64,000 bases of DNA from Eledone cirrhosa. Its lineage: Eukaryota. The stretch lies in assembly GCA_964016885.1 (NCBI GenBank), contig OZ024747.1:2294001-2358000 (forward strand). The letters run 5' to 3'. The position numbers and the translations under genes are program-made. Shown one piece after another: positions 31,066 to 44,971 of this stretch. Each line of letters begins with the position of its first letter. The stretch's first letter is position 1. Below the pieces are notes generated by a model. It searched no databases. It was not told the origin of the DNA and was given only the letters and a program-made list of their open reading frames with translations.

Positions 31066-33159
31066 GTGCTGGGAGGATGATAAAAAGGCAGACCACTATA
31101 CTAACTCCTAACAATAATTATAACAAACGATTATAAATGTAACGATGTCGAGGACAACACAAAGCTACAGGACTGCTAATACATTCATTGATAATTGCCA
31201 ACAAATAATTTATTAAATTGTGAATGCACAAACCAGATTATTAGTTATAGTTAAAATTATCAGAGGGTTTTAGGAAAGATCTATTTAATTACCTAGCTAA
31301 TGAGACCATACATGCTATCCTTAATGATTTTAAAATTAACAGCATAGTCAAGAAATATGAAAGGCAGGTGCAGGTAACGAAATATATTAAGAGACTAAAG
31401 GAATCTAATAAATACTGGAATCAGTGTGTTTGAGTGTCTCATTACAGGCTTAGAACAGTTTCAAGTCTTTAACATTATAGTGTTGGCTATGGTTGGAATG
31501 TTGGAAGTATATAATTCTAACAATTAGCATTATGAGCTGCATTTTTTGAAGTTTTAAATTTAACCTCCAACTACACCATAAACTTAACCTTTGTTACAAT
31601 CTGGAACAATTATAAACAGTGGAGAAATACACACACACACGCACACATATATATATATTATGCATTATATAAAAAAGGAGACCAAGGATCAGGATTTTGT
31701 TAGGAATTTGGTTTTTAAATGTGTTTTTTCATAAGGTTTCTTCTTAAATCAATTCTCTTAATATTTATATTAACCTTTCATTTAGAAATGTCTACCCATA
31801 GAAACTTCTATTTATAAATACTTAACAGTGGTATAGCTAGGGCTTATGTTACCAAAACTGTTCTTTGGTTTATTGCCACACCATCATAAAAATCACAACA
31901 CTTCAAAAGTGACCAAAAGAGCCGCCCCCTCCCCACACAAAAATATACCTCCCAGAGCAAATCTCTCTGGAACTATACTACACATATAAGTTCTTATTTC
32001 AAAATATATTTAACGATCTGAAGATAGTTAAATATGAACTGCTTAATTTGAAATAAAATCAGTTTTAATCCATAAGATAGTTAGTAGTGAAATAACCTCT
32101 CTATGTCTAGATCAGGAATGTACTTATATACAATTCATTTTATTCCATTTTTCTACTATTTATGCTCACTAATTGATGACATAAACCATATGTAGTTCTC
32201 ACAGATTTCACTGTTTTATTGTAATGTAATCAATTGTTACATGAATGACATCAATCTTGGAGATCTTTCAAAGGGTATGGGCACTGTCCCTTCACTCAGA
32301 GTTAACAATTAAAGAAGAAAAATATATTCATAAGAATTGCTTGAGAATATATCTTACTCCAGCTATACAATATATTTCTCTCTTTCTTCTTATCTACAAC
32401 TTCCTTCCTTCCTTCCTTCCTTCACTCCCAGATGGAGGTCAATGGCATAACTCTTTATATTTTTCCTACCATGAGTGGATTTAGACCTTGAGAAGCCCAA
32501 GGCACAAAAAATTAAATACACAGCACCCCACCCCCCTTTATTTTTTACATATCAAAGTTAGTTTGGTGCAAGAAATTGGAATTGAAAAGTTATCCATACA
32601 GGTATTGAATTCAAAAATTCTAACCATCCTAAAACTAAAAATCCCAGCTGAGGGCACAAATAAATTGCTACAGCCATTGCAGGGAGCCAGGGGCAATTGC
32701 TCCCTTTGCCCCCAATTAAACCCAGCCTTGCTTCCTACCGTACATTAGTTGAATCTATCAACTCTGGGCTAACAGCTGCCAATGGAGACCATTACCAATT
32801 TCCTTGGATTCTGGAATTTACTCTATATATCTGTCAGTTGACTTGAGGCAGTATGACATACTTGGGAACCCAGCAAAAATGTATCATTTGAACTTCCTTC
32901 ATAAACTAACATCTTGTTTGATCAGCCACTATAATTTACTATTAACAAATAGAATTTCTAATAATTGAACTTGTCTTCTTGTACTACTCTGTTAAGCTGC
33001 TAGACTTAATTAATCTCACTTAATGTCTCACATTAAGTGACTTTCATCATCATCATCATGGTCATAGGAAGTCTACTGTAAATCACCAGCACAACCATCA
33101 TCTCCCCCAGCAGCACCATCCCTGCCATCAGTATCACCTGACAATCAACAATAGTTTAA

Positions 33160-33350
33160 ATGTGTGTGTGTATGTGTGTGTTTGTGTATGTTTATGTATG
33201 TTTTTGTGTGTGTATGTGAGTCTGTGTGCGTGTCTGTGTGTGTGTCTGTGTGTGTGTGTCTGTGAGTCTGTGTGTGTGTCTGTGTGTATGTCTGTCTCTG
33301 TATGTGTATGTATGTATGTGTGTGTGTGTCTGTCTGTGTGTATATATATG
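33160..33350. repeat. Imperfect (TG)n microsatellite
   Basis: Direct reading. Confidence 0.9.
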
Positions 33351-34544
33351 GGTGTGTTATCCCCATCGTCATTTATCATCCTGTCTCCATACAGATCTAA
33401 GTTAGACTAGCTATCGTGCCTCAAGTCAATGACCACATCATGCTCAGATCTTCCATATTATAACATGTTTTCTAAGGCTGGATGTCATTCATAATTTCAA
33501 CCACTTTACAGAGTGTAGTGGGAGTATCACATCATTACATCAGCACAAAAGAGGTAAGATGCACCCAGTACACTCTGTAAAGTAGATATATACACCAGTT
33601 GACTTAAGAAGCATTGGGAAAATTTGAAATTTAAAATGAGTTCCAAAGCCTATGATCAAATTAAAAGTCAATCACTATAAATGTTTGAGAAAACCAGGTA
33701 AAACACACCTGGAGAGAGAATTACCCCTGTCCCATTCTTTCCATCTGATTTTCTCAACTATTATTTGACTGATTATTTTGACTGATTATTATTATGTTCA
33801 TTTACATTGGGATGTTTATATATATATAAACATATGTATAAATGTACATCTATGTATATATAACACCACTGCAGCAACAAGGCACTATTTGAGTGTGAAG
33901 ATTTGACAATTGGTGGCAATAAGCAGCTACTTAAAGTGAATTAATTCGCTTCAGTCTTGTTTACAGCTCTAATCTATTAATTAGACTGTATTGTTGCTAT
34001 CTTTCACAGTCCTCAAGCCTCATGACATCTGGGATAAGTGGAGAAGAGCTAGAAATTCACTCTATCTTTCTCCCTCTCTCTCTTATATATATATACACTC
34101 ACACACACTCACACATGTGTGTGTGAGAGTGTACATGTATGAATGTCTTCCTTTCTCTATGTATCATCCTTAACTCCAACTTCTATGTAGTGTAAAGACA
34201 TGCTGAAGTCAAACATTATATCTACATAGCAAATACTGTCTATTTACACCCCCCTTCCCACCATTAAATAATGTTTCACTATATTCTTTTCTCAGCAGAT
34301 CCTTTTATTTAAAGCTAGCAGGAAATTAAATTTGTTTAAGGTTTATTTCTACCTCACACAACACAACAGAATACTTTCCTTTCAAATTAAATCATGTAAT
34401 GCTCTCCTTGTGCCAGTCGTCTTCTTCTTCACAGAGAGCTGCTTGGGCATGCAGACACTCTCACACACACATATGAGTCATAATTATACCAACCATCTTT
34501 TGAAAACGGCAAAAGATTTATCTGCTTGGGTTGAGAAGAAACCA

Positions 34545-34675
34545 GAGGTTAGCTTTGCTGTTCATCCTTAAAAGGACAATAAAATAAAGTACCAGTAACA
34601 CACTGGAGTCTATTAAATCGACTTTCTCCTCCCACCAAAATTGTTGGCTTATGCCTAAATCAGAAACCATTATTA
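34545..34675 (+). mobile_element. Degraded family A SINE, 3' half
   Basis: GAGGTTAGCTTTGCTGTTCATCCTT..ATAAAATAAAGTACCAGTAACACACTGG..GGCTTATGCCTAAATCAGAAACCATTATT. Confidence 0.7.
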
Positions 34676-36177
34676 TACCTGCCATCTTGAATGGTTGCAG
34701 AAATGTTCTTTTTTTCAAGATCACTTAAAATAACCCTAGCCATAACCCTTCCTCAATCAGTAGCGTGATCACTATTACAGCTTAAGTCCCATAAATGGTC
34801 TGCTGGATAAAGTAATATATTACCAACTAATGGATTAGGAGTTTTAACAAACCTTTTCTGCTCAATGCAGAAACCTTTCATTTCATATTTCACAAACTGC
34901 TGAAAATATTATGGCGACTGCACCCCCTTTTCCAGCTACCAGTAATAATAATAAAAATAATAATAAATAAATAAAGAATAAGTGCCGTGTCTGTTGATTT
35001 CTTCGATAAAAAATTCTCTTATCAAATATGGTTTCTTAAGCAATGTAATGGAACATTTCTAGCAATGAATTTCTCACATGTTTTCACTGGTGAAAATATG
35101 CATGTTTTTTATTTTTTTCCCCATCACGTATTCTTTTATATATGTAGTTACCTCCTAAATTACAGCAGCTATTAAATGAAGGCAATAAATAAATCTAGAA
35201 AAAGTCATACATTCTATCTCACGATAAAATAACTTTTTTATCTGTGTAGATGTATTCAACGATTTCAGCCTGAGGATAACAGAGGTAATTATCTGTTTTG
35301 TTGCTACCTTCTCCTATGGAAGGAAGTAGCAACTATCACCATCATCTCTACTACTTTCTCAATTAACATAAACTATTTAAATGATTTTTTTTTCTTGACG
35401 TTCTTGTAACATAAAACTTGTTAAAAATTGAAAAAAAAAATATTCTCTTTTCTTTCTATTTTTTTTTTTATCAAGATTACATTTATTTCCTTTTTCGTCT
35501 CCTTTAATCAATTTTATTTTTATGTCAAGGATTTCTATTCCTTTATTTTCTTTAAATTTTCTTTACTACTCATAAAGAATAGATGCAATTGGATTCAAAA
35601 ATTAGCATCTGTTTCTCTGAATTCCTTACAACAATTAATTTGTACCATGTTAGATTAAAATGTCTTATGCATTCATCTGAAGAATTTATATTTTATTACT
35701 TATTGATTTACTTCATTTTATTTAATTTGATTTCACATTTCCAATTTCAGTGATAATAATTGTTTGCATGACACCAAATTGAGTTTGTAGCAGAGATAAA
35801 ATCAACATTATTAACAATTTTCAGTTTTCTTTAAACATAACCCTTTCGTGATAATATTTCTAGAGAAATACATTGCCTATGTATGTGTCAGTTAATTTCA
35901 AAAGTAATCAAGAATTTGTAAGGGTTTAGTAATATAATTAACTTTACATTAATTAATTTGTGTTTGTAACATAACTCAGCACAAAGGTTCTTATATAAAA
36001 TTCTGATTGAAAATTGTCATTTAAATATGAACATTTTCAAGTGAGAGATTTCTATCATAGAACCACAAGAGGTCTCAGGTGGCTTGCTTTAAAAAAAGTA
36101 AACAAGGAATAAATGAATGACAGAAAAATGCCTTCAATTAATTATACAGGCTGGCCTACCTAAAAATCACTATACCA

Positions 36178-36189
36178 TATATGTGTGTG

Positions 36190-36248
<59 letters not shown>

Positions 36249-36299
36249 TCACCATGGTTCATCTTCCACACTATGTATATATTTATGTATATGTGTGTA

Positions 36300-36340
<41 letters not shown>
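36178..36340. repeat. (TA)n/(TG)n microsatellite cluster
   Basis: Direct reading. Confidence 0.9.
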
Positions 36341-36397
36341 CATCATCATCATCACCGTTTTACGTCCGTTCTTCCACGCTAGCATGGGTTAGACGGT
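36341..36397 (-). mobile_element. RTE-type 3' tail stub with (ATG)n end
   Basis: Near-exact reverse complement of 48586-48635; resembles the 3' end of the RTE LINE at 53417-53470; degraded relatives at ~37920, ~42403 and ~57503. Confidence 0.65.
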
Positions 36398-36416
36398 AAT
36401 ATATATATATACACAC

Positions 36417-36519
36417 ATATTTCGTTTTAATCATTTTCTAACCCAGAAAAAAAGAGAGAAAAAAATAAAAAGGGAAAAAAAAATATTTTTCTTCCTAATA
36501 ATCGTCTTTTTCTCCCTGT

Positions 36520-36573
<54 letters not shown>

Positions 36574-36601
36574 GGGTTAGAAAATGATTAAAACGAAATA
36601 T
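36417..36601. repeat. Perfect 31-bp inverted repeat (36417-36447 / 36571-36601) around an A/T-run and (TA)n spacer
   Basis: ATATTTCGTTTTAATCATTTTCTAACCCAGA versus TCTGGGTTAGAAAATGATTAAAACGAAATAT. Confidence 0.9.
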
Positions 36602-37739
36602 TTTACTTTGTGTGAAGTGTTAAGGTATTAGTTGATTTATTTATTAATTAACAATGGCATTTATTTATTTATATATTTAATAATTGTCTATTACCGGTTT
36701 CAGCCTTTTTATGCATTATCAAATGATAATAATATGTATTGGTGTAGAATGGTGGTGTTGGACATGTTAAAGAAATGGTGCAGAAAGAATAATGTTATTT
36801 ACAAACAAGGTTTATGAAGTGAAAAGAAAAAAGAAAAAAGAAAAAAGGGACTTAATGTGGAGCATAATAAGGCAATGTGAAAGAAAAAATAATGTTATTT
36901 GCATGGGCTAGAAGGGTTGTCCATGTTATGAGACAAGTTCGGCCAGATGGCCACACTGTACGTTACTCAAACAGAACTATTTTAGCAGAGATTATTACAG
37001 CTAGATGGTCTTCCTAACATCAAACATGTTTAAGTGTGGAACAAATGGTCTAATGACTTTAGGACCAGCCTGAATATCTTGTCCAACTGGTTTTAGATAT
37101 TCTGTTTCAATGAAAGCTTATTTGGCTCTTGTGTTGGTTTCTTAAAAGATCAGTCAACTTTACTAATTAACTAATCTCATAATGAACTACTAAAGAGTGA
37201 CCCTCAATGAGGTTGCTTGACCTGCTAAACTCAGCAGCTAAATCTCTCTCAAATCACATTACCATTGGAATGCTTTTGATCACAGTTTAGCCTAGTCAGA
37301 ATTAATATGTGTTTAAACAAAAATACCTAATTTCGAAAAGATGATTCAGAATTCCTCATCATCTAATATTGTTGATGAAATAATATACATCTAACACATT
37401 CAGTTCTTTAAACTCAGTATTAACCATAGCCACTAAATATAACACCTCTCTATTAAGTTATAGCCATTGCATATACCTCAGTATATACTATAGCCACACC
37501 TTGTTATCAACTATATTCACCATATTCAGCTTATTATTATTAACTATAAACAACAAATTTATCACCTTAGTATTAACTATAACTACCACAGTCAATATCT
37601 CGGTATAAACTGCAGCTACACTACTTCAGAGTCAACTATAGCTAGCATACACATCACCTTGCTCTGCAAAAACACACTAAAATAAACCAATGAAGTACTA
37701 AATAATCCTTCAAATTATCCTATGTTGTCACTAAATTTC

Positions 37740-37922
37740 TCCACCACCAACACCATCATCATCACCCCCCCCCCGTATCACCATCACCATCACAATCACC
37801 CCTCATCATTATCACCACCATCACCCTCATCATCATCACCACCACTATCACCCCTCATCATTATCATCACTACCCCTTCCCTCATCCTTATCATCACCAC
37901 CACCATCACCCTCACCATCACA
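37740..37922. repeat. CAT/CAC low-complexity tract
   Basis: Direct reading. Confidence 0.85.
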
Positions 37923-39141
37923 TGTCCATTTTTCCATGTTTGCACTGGTTTCATCAGTCTTCTACAGTACAATATACCATGCCACATGTAGCACTACCTC
38001 CTTTTTTTTTTTTTTGTAATCAGTATTCTAAGACCAGCCTCACCATTTCAACCCATGTCTTCATCAATTTTCTATTTCACAACTTCCTCTACTTGGAGCA
38101 ATCAACACTTTTGTTTCTTTTACCAAACTTTCATATTCTATATATATTGCATGTCTTTACTAGCACAGTTTTCCCTCTTGCACACGACATCTGATTCCTT
38201 TTAAACACTGCTTTTCTTTGAGCTCATTTGAGCTCAGTTCCTTCAGATTTCAGTTGGAAAGGAACATTACAATTTTACTTTCTTCCTGTAATGAATGCTT
38301 ACATATAAACACACTCTGGTTGATTGGTTTAAATATGAATACACTTTGTTATTCATCGAGTTAAACAGTGTTTCAGCTTTCTCTTTTCTGAAAATGTAAA
38401 TTATCATTATTTATCTGATAAGCATGAAAATGTTGGTCTTTCTTTAGATAAGAACTTTGTGACAGTTGACATTTTTGTTTTAAGTGTAAAGCAGCAAAAT
38501 ATTAAAATAAAATAAAATGAAAATTATATCAGAAGATTATATTATTTTGTCTGAGATATTCAAAATTTGGTAAATTTTCTTCAAGTTCTTTCTATCACTT
38601 AACAAATTTTTCAGAATGTGCTAAATATTTTGTTGGTGATAACATTGGCAGTTCTTTTGAATGCTTAATTTTATTCTTTGTTTTAATTATTTTAAGCTTT
38701 TATTAATAATTTTCCTGTTATCAAACACAAATCTAGGAAAAAATGTTTCATTGACTTTTATTTTCATAATTCTTCCATTTGACATTTTAAGAATCAGTAA
38801 TAGTTGAGATGAAAATATTTCCAAGTCTTTATATGTCATCCTTACCTGTTGTAAAAAGATAAATCTTAAAATACTATTGGGTCTGTCTTTAAAATCAGAA
38901 TATATTCAATCAAAAGTAACAGAACTAATGAAATATAAAATACAGATATAACACATTGTTAAGCATTAACACCAATACTATCAATAAAATAAAGTACTAG
39001 TAGCATACTGGGGCTGATTTAATGAACTTGCCATCCCCCAAATTGTTTGCCTTGTGCCAAAATCAGAAACCATTATTTTGTTCTAATTGTTTGTAACTAA
39101 ACATTATTAGTCTTGTGTAATGAGAATGTGTATGTATGTGT

Positions 39142-39220
<79 letters not shown>

Positions 39221-39720
39221 TGTGGTGTGGTAAATAATTATATACATATACATCAGATCTGAACACAATGGAACCAAACTCCCACTGCCTCTATCTCTCC
39301 CACTCTCTCTATCTCTCACTATTATAAGTATATGTAGGTCTATGCACCGGCCACAGCAAACAGAATAAAGACAGTGTTTTAGTCTGGAGCTTTGGAGGTA
39401 TCGTTGACATTCAGTTTAATTTACTTCTTTATCAATCATTATGCTCTATTGGCTATGGAGTGGCCTTTTTCTCCATTTCTTCTTTAGTATATTTTGTAAT
39501 TCCATTTTTGTATTGTTTTCAAAATCTATTGTTTCAGTCTATTTAGCTTCTAGTTTCTACTTTATTGGTTCCTTGTATATTGAGAACATTTTTTTGATAT
39601 TTTTCATGACTCTTTATTGCAGTTATCAGCCTCTCTCTATTTGTTTCTATGTTTCTAGTCCAAAAATGGTTATTTCATAATAATTTCATATTTCTATTAG
39701 TGTTTACCTTATCCTTGTGT

Positions 39721-39950
39721 ACAGGGTAAATATGTTTAGGGTGGTCTACCTTACAGGGTAGATATGTTTAGGGTGGTCTACCTTACAGGGTAAATATGTT
39801 TAGGGTGGTCTACCTTACAGGGTAGATATGTTTAAGGTGGTCTACCTTACAGGGTAGATAAAATAAAGTACCAGTGACGTACTGCAGTAAATTTAATTGA
39901 CTTTTCCTTCTCCCCAAATTTCTGGCCTTGTGCCTAAACTAGAAATAATT
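39721..39950 (+). repeat. 32-bp minisatellite (4 copies) running into a family A SINE 3' half
   Basis: ACAGGGTA(A/G)ATATGTTTAGGGTGGTCTACCTT x4, then ACAGGGTAGATAAAATAAAGTACCAGT...GGCCTTGTGCCTAAACTAGAAATAATT. Confidence 0.85.
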
Positions 39951-40007
39951 ATTATCATATCATCATTATTATCATCATCATTATTATCATCATTATTATT
40001 ATCATCA

Positions 40008-40197
40008 AGGGTGGTGGATTGGCAGTATCGGTAGAGGGTCGGACGCCATGCTTTCCAGCATAGTTACGTCCCTTTACGATCTGAGTTCAAATCCCGCCGA
40101 GGTTGACTTTGCCTTTCATCCTTACGAGGTCGATAAAATAAAGTACCAGTAATGCACTGGGTAATTGCTGGCCTTGTGCCTAAAGTAGAAACAATTA
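40008..40197 (+). mobile_element. Full-length tRNA-derived SINE, family A, inside an (ATT/ATC)n tract spanning 39948-40445
   Basis: Pol III A-box-like TGGCAGTATCGG, B-box GAGTTCAAATCC, central CTTTGCCTTTCATCCTTACGAGGTCGATAAAATAAAGTACCAG, tail GTAGAAACAATTATT; homologous full copy at 55002. Confidence 0.88.
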
Positions 40198-40473
40198 TTA
40201 TTATCATCATTATTATCATCATTATTATCATCATTATTATCATCATCATTATTATCATCATTATTATCATCATCATTATTATCATCATCATTATTATCAT
40301 CATTATCATCATCATTATTATCATCATTATTATCATCATCATCATTATTATCATCATTATTATCATCATCATTATTATCATCATCATTATCATCATCATT
40401 ATTATCATCATTATTATCATCATTATTATCATCAGCATTATTATCTTTCTGTTTCATCCAAATACTCATGCAG

Positions 40474-40606
40474 GAGAAAGCAGATGATAGAGATTATATC
40501 AAGGGAGGCCATGATCCTTTCATTGAAATGGCAACAACCTGTGGACATATTGAGACTGGACATGGTTGGGGTGAGGGAGCTACTGTCCAGTATGAAACTT
40601 TGCCAG
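40474..40606 (+). CDS. Candidate internal coding exon of an unidentified host gene: EKADDRDYIKGGHDPFIEMATTCGHIETGHGWGEGATVQYETLP(G)
   Basis: Acceptor ..TTTCTGTTTCATCCAAATACTCATGCAG|G, donor CAG|GTATTA, non-repetitive, higher GC, codons G-rich at position 1 and A/T-rich at position 3; joins in frame to the exon at 46753. Confidence 0.5.
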
Positions 40607-40889
40607 GTATTATTTTATTTGTTTTTTTGGAGGGGTTTCAGTTATTGCATTATGGCCATGCTGGGGCACCCCTACAATGTTTCCTTTTTAGTCTAGTCTA
40701 TTATATCAACCCCCAAGTTACCTATTTTGATCTTTATTTATTGTAAGGTTAAATTTCACATTTTAGGACATAAAGGAATGCAGAACCATTTTAGACTGGT
40801 AAACATAAATATAAACATAGACACATGCAAATAATACTTATCCATGTATAGCTGATGAGCTTTTGATTCCACAGCCAGGCCCGATTGAT

Positions 40890-41165
40890 AGAGATCAAGA
40901 GAGATCAATAGAGATTGAAACTTTTCTTGCTGCTTATCTAAAAGATGTAAGTTCACTAATTTGCCAGACTCTCTACTCTCTAGGCTTGACTTCTTCAAAC
41001 TTTTGGCTGCTCCCAAAAATGAAAATGCCACTGAGAGCCGAGGGGACATCATGTGGTCTGAGACTGCAGTGATGTGAACCATTTCAGAAGAAACATTCTA
41101 GACATACTTTGAACAGTGGCAGGATCCCTGGCGTCAATGTGTAGAGGTGCAAGGGGGATTTGTAA
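40890..41165 (+). pseudogene. Highly decayed mariner transposase C-terminal fragment
   Basis: LYSLGLTSSNFWLLPKMK resembles PYSPDLAPSDFWLFPKLK; downstream FEQWQDPWRQCVEVQGD resembles the mariner W..RW.KC....G.Y tail; stops and frameshifts present. Confidence 0.6.
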
Positions 41166-41346
41166 TTGAACCCCATTAAGTATATATTTTTTCCTAGCAT
41201 AAGAGTGTTTACTTTTACAACAGACTTTGTATGTATGTATGCATGTGTGTGTGTGAGTGTATATATATGTAGCATCAACATCATCACCAGCAGCAATTAA
41301 CGTCTGTGGAAATTATATTAAACAGTAATTATGTTGGTATATATGC

Positions 41347-41379
<33 letters not shown>

Positions 41380-41380
41380 A

Positions 41381-41520
41381 CAGGCTTCTGTACAGTTTCC
41401 ATCAACCAAATTTCACTAAAAAAACTCTAACAGACACTTTACCCAAGGTGCAATACAATGGGACTGAACTCAAAACCTAGTGGGTACAAAACAAACTATT
41501 TAAGCACACAGCCATATCTG
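41381..41520 (-). mobile_element. Degraded family C SINE
   Basis: CAGTTTCCATCAACCAAATTTCAC..GACACTTTACCCAAGGTG..GGGACTGAACTC..CACACAGCCA. Confidence 0.55.
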
Positions 41521-41745
41521 TTTCAATGTTATATATATATTGATGAGACAGAAAACTTGTGAAATATTACTGTAAATGTAGAATGAAGTTATTTTTACTT
41601 CAATTCTCTGAAGCTTTATCTATTATTAAAACTTCCATAAATCTTAGCTTGTCATTCTTATTATACTCCATCATTGTATTTTTCTGGATGGAACTCAACT
41701 AATATAAAACTTCTTCTGTTTTTAGTTACTGAGAACATTTTTAAG

Positions 41746-41792
<47 letters not shown>

Positions 41793-41831
41793 TATATATA
41801 CATATATAGATATACACACACACATATATAA

Positions 41832-41863
<32 letters not shown>

Positions 41864-41917
41864 GCTTTTATATATATTGGTGTATGAAAAAATAAAACAT
41901 GATGACTATGTTACATT

Positions 41918-42395
41918 ATAGTAGTAGTAGTAGTAATAGTTGTAGTAGTAGTAGTAGTAGTGGAGCGGTATGAGGGGTAGTAGTAGTAGTGGAGTGGTAT
42001 GGGGGGTGGTAATAGTAGTAGCAGCAGCAGCAGCAGCAGTAGTAGTAGTGGAGCGGTATGGGGGGGGGTAGAAGTAGTAGCAGCAGCAGCAGCAACAGTA
42101 GTAGTGGAGTGATATGGGGGTGGTAGTAGTAGTAGTAAAGAGGAGGCAGCAGCAATAGTTGAAACTGCATCAGTTATGAAAGTAAAATCTACTTTCAATA
42201 TTCCTGTTTGCTGAATTCCTTCATCTTTCATAATATACACATGCACATACATACATAAATACATACATACAAATATACATACATACATAAATACATACAT
42301 ACAAATATACATACATACATACATGCATACAAATATACATACATACAAATATACATGCATACATATATACATATATGCATGCATACATACATATC
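41918..42395. repeat. (GTA)/(GCA) compound repeat with recurring GTGGAG(C/T)GGTATG(G)n blocks, followed by (ATAC)n
   Basis: Direct reading. Confidence 0.85.
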
Positions 42396-42457
42396 ATATC
42401 CCCATCATTTTTATGTCCACTTTTCCATGCTTCGATGGATGGGATTGATGGGATATA

Positions 42458-42492
<35 letters not shown>

Positions 42493-44604
42493 CGCGCACA
42501 CTTAGATCAAACAAATATGTTTTTAGATGTTTGAAGAATTCAATGTAAACAGATCTCAAGTTAGAGACTCCGGTCTTTAAAAAATGTTTCTAACATAAAA
42601 TTATCCTCAAACTTTTCATAACCATTGATTCAAAACATTTCAACTTTACAAATTTTAAATGTCTCATAGTTTATTTATTTAGTTTAATCTCTCATGATAC
42701 CTCTGTATTTTCCACATTTTTTCTTGTACTTGTTACTAGTTTGAGTAATAAGATTATGACCTTGCTAGCAGTCCTAGCACCCTAGGATATGTCTGGTACT
42801 TATTTCTCTTCACTTCAATTTAGTAATGACTAGCTTGTCTCTTTTTAAATCTATGGACAACATTGTTCAATGTTTCTTTACTTTTGAAGAAGGTAAGATA
42901 TGATGTGAATGTGATTTATCTATGTTGTCTCTTGAACTGCTAAAATTAGCAGATCAACTGACAACTTAGAGGTTTCTAATTGATGATATCAAGCTGATGT
43001 TTAGCCCATTAAAGACATTCCATTTATGACCTAGATTATTCAATGTGTCCTTCCATTTCTTTAGATAATAGATTGTCATTTAAGTGAAATTTGACTGCTA
43101 TTTAAAGTATGTTGAATTACTATGAAGAGGATTCGCTAGTGGCTAGAGCAAGTCTTTGTCAATAGTTAATTTTCTCTTTGACAAAGGAAAAGAAATGATC
43201 ATCAAATTGGAATAAGGAGACTATGTTTCCCTTGGTCTTTCCATTGCTGATACTATCACCCATTCACAACTCAGCAGAAGTGTCACTGCTATTGCGGTGA
43301 CAGGTGTGATTTGAACTTAGGATGCACAGATCTGGGACAGATACTGCTGTAAAACTTCCCTCTAACTCTTTATGAGTTCTACTAATCCATTGCTTCTGGA
43401 ATAATACTTTACTTATTGTCCCACAAAGAAGGAAAGGCAAAGTTAATTTCAGCAAGATTTGAAGTTTGAGTGCAGAGAGCCAGAATAAATACTAAGGCAT
43501 TTAATCTGATATCGTAAGAACTCTGCCAATTCACTGTCAAATGTTGAAGGGTAAATTCTTATGTAAAGGTCATTTTCACTGCAACTTAATTTTCTAAAGA
43601 AAATTGGCAAATTCCTGAGCCTGCTGAGTGAAAAGGAGGAATTTATCCTCAAAAAAGAGACCTTGCCTATATAATTGCAATGGAGAAATTAATCAAGGGT
43701 TAAGTGATTCTGTTAAACTGTGTAATGTATTAAGTTTACCACTCAAGAAGAGGAATACTTTCTTTGATGGGCACTCACACAATTTCTTTCTAACAAATTT
43801 CACTCATAAGGTTTCAGCAAGCTAGAGACTATGATGTGATTCACTTGCCAAGGTACTGCAGAGTGGTATGGTAGGTGAAAACATGTTGCAATGCAAACTT
43901 CTTAAACACAAAGACATACTCAATTTAGAAGAAAAACTAACCAGAGATATGAAAAGTAACATGAAACTTTCAAAGTCAATATTAAAATCTATGATATATT
44001 ATCAGATTGCAATTTCATGCTGTACCCTGGTCTTATAATTAAATAGAATTGTCCTCTTTAGATTTAAATTTACACTACTCTGAATAAAGTTTCAAGAAAT
44101 TTACAAATGTTTATCAATGAGCCTAAAATAATCCAGAATTTTAATATTTTCATAGTTTTATAGGATGTTGATAGGCTCTGAAAACTAAAGAAAATTCAAA
44201 GAGGACATTTTATATAATAGAGTGATTGAGTGTAAATTGAGCCTGAGATTTCACTGAATTTAAATTACTCTGTGACACTGAATCATAAATGTTAAATTTT
44301 ATTTGCTGGAAAGAACAATTAAGTGGAATGGATGTATAATATTGATATTTGATTTGAAAAATTTAATAATCAATAGTAATAACAGAGATGGGCTGCTAAG
44401 AAAGACATAAAATGTATTCTCACACATACGAGAAATTAAAGAAATTAGCAAGTATAGGAACAATTGGGAGAGATACATGTTTAGTAAAGTATTTAGTCTC
44501 GCATATTAAAACGTGTTGTAACATTATAATGTATGGTGGTTATATGAATAATGGTTATAATGTTGTTGATGATGATGAACGTGGTAGGATTGATAAAATT
44601 ATAC

Positions 44605-44830
44605 ATATACACATATAGATATATCTACATCTATAGTTTCATATATATGTACTTACACACACATGCACATATAGATATATCTACATCTATAGTTTCATAT
44701 ATATGTACTTACACACACATACACATATAGATATATCTACATCTATAGTTTCATATATATGTACTTACACACACATACACATATAGATATATCTACATTC
44801 ATAGTTTAATATATATGTACACTTAGATAT
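44605..44830. repeat. 56-bp tandem repeat, ~4 copies
   Basis: ATATCTACATCTATAGTTTC at 44621, 44677 and 44733; a degenerate fourth copy follows. Confidence 0.88.
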
Positions 44831-44971
44831 GCATACATAGGTATATCTATATGTCTCTTTCAATCACGACTAACAAGGTGTTTGGACAGAGATTTCCTTT
44901 CCAAATCACAAACCCAGGCAAGGTATTTTGTGGAAGACCCTTAGTTGTCCATGCATACCATTTCCATTATA

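Noticed and set aside
30325-31114. His-, Asp- and Met-rich ORFs
   Set aside because: Translations of GAT/GGT microsatellite
32465-32730. Possible degraded non-autonomous DNA transposon
   Set aside because: Termini and TSD could not be resolved
40008-40100. tRNA gene
   Set aside because: A/B boxes belong to a multi-copy SINE head; no cloverleaf; same for 55002, 58340 and 61938
40064-40487. Poly-Ile, DDNN and MMII ORFs
   Set aside because: Translations of the (ATT/ATC)n tract next to a SINE
43264-43825. Three short ORFs as exons
   Set aside because: They overlap degraded SINE sequence and lack convincing splice sites
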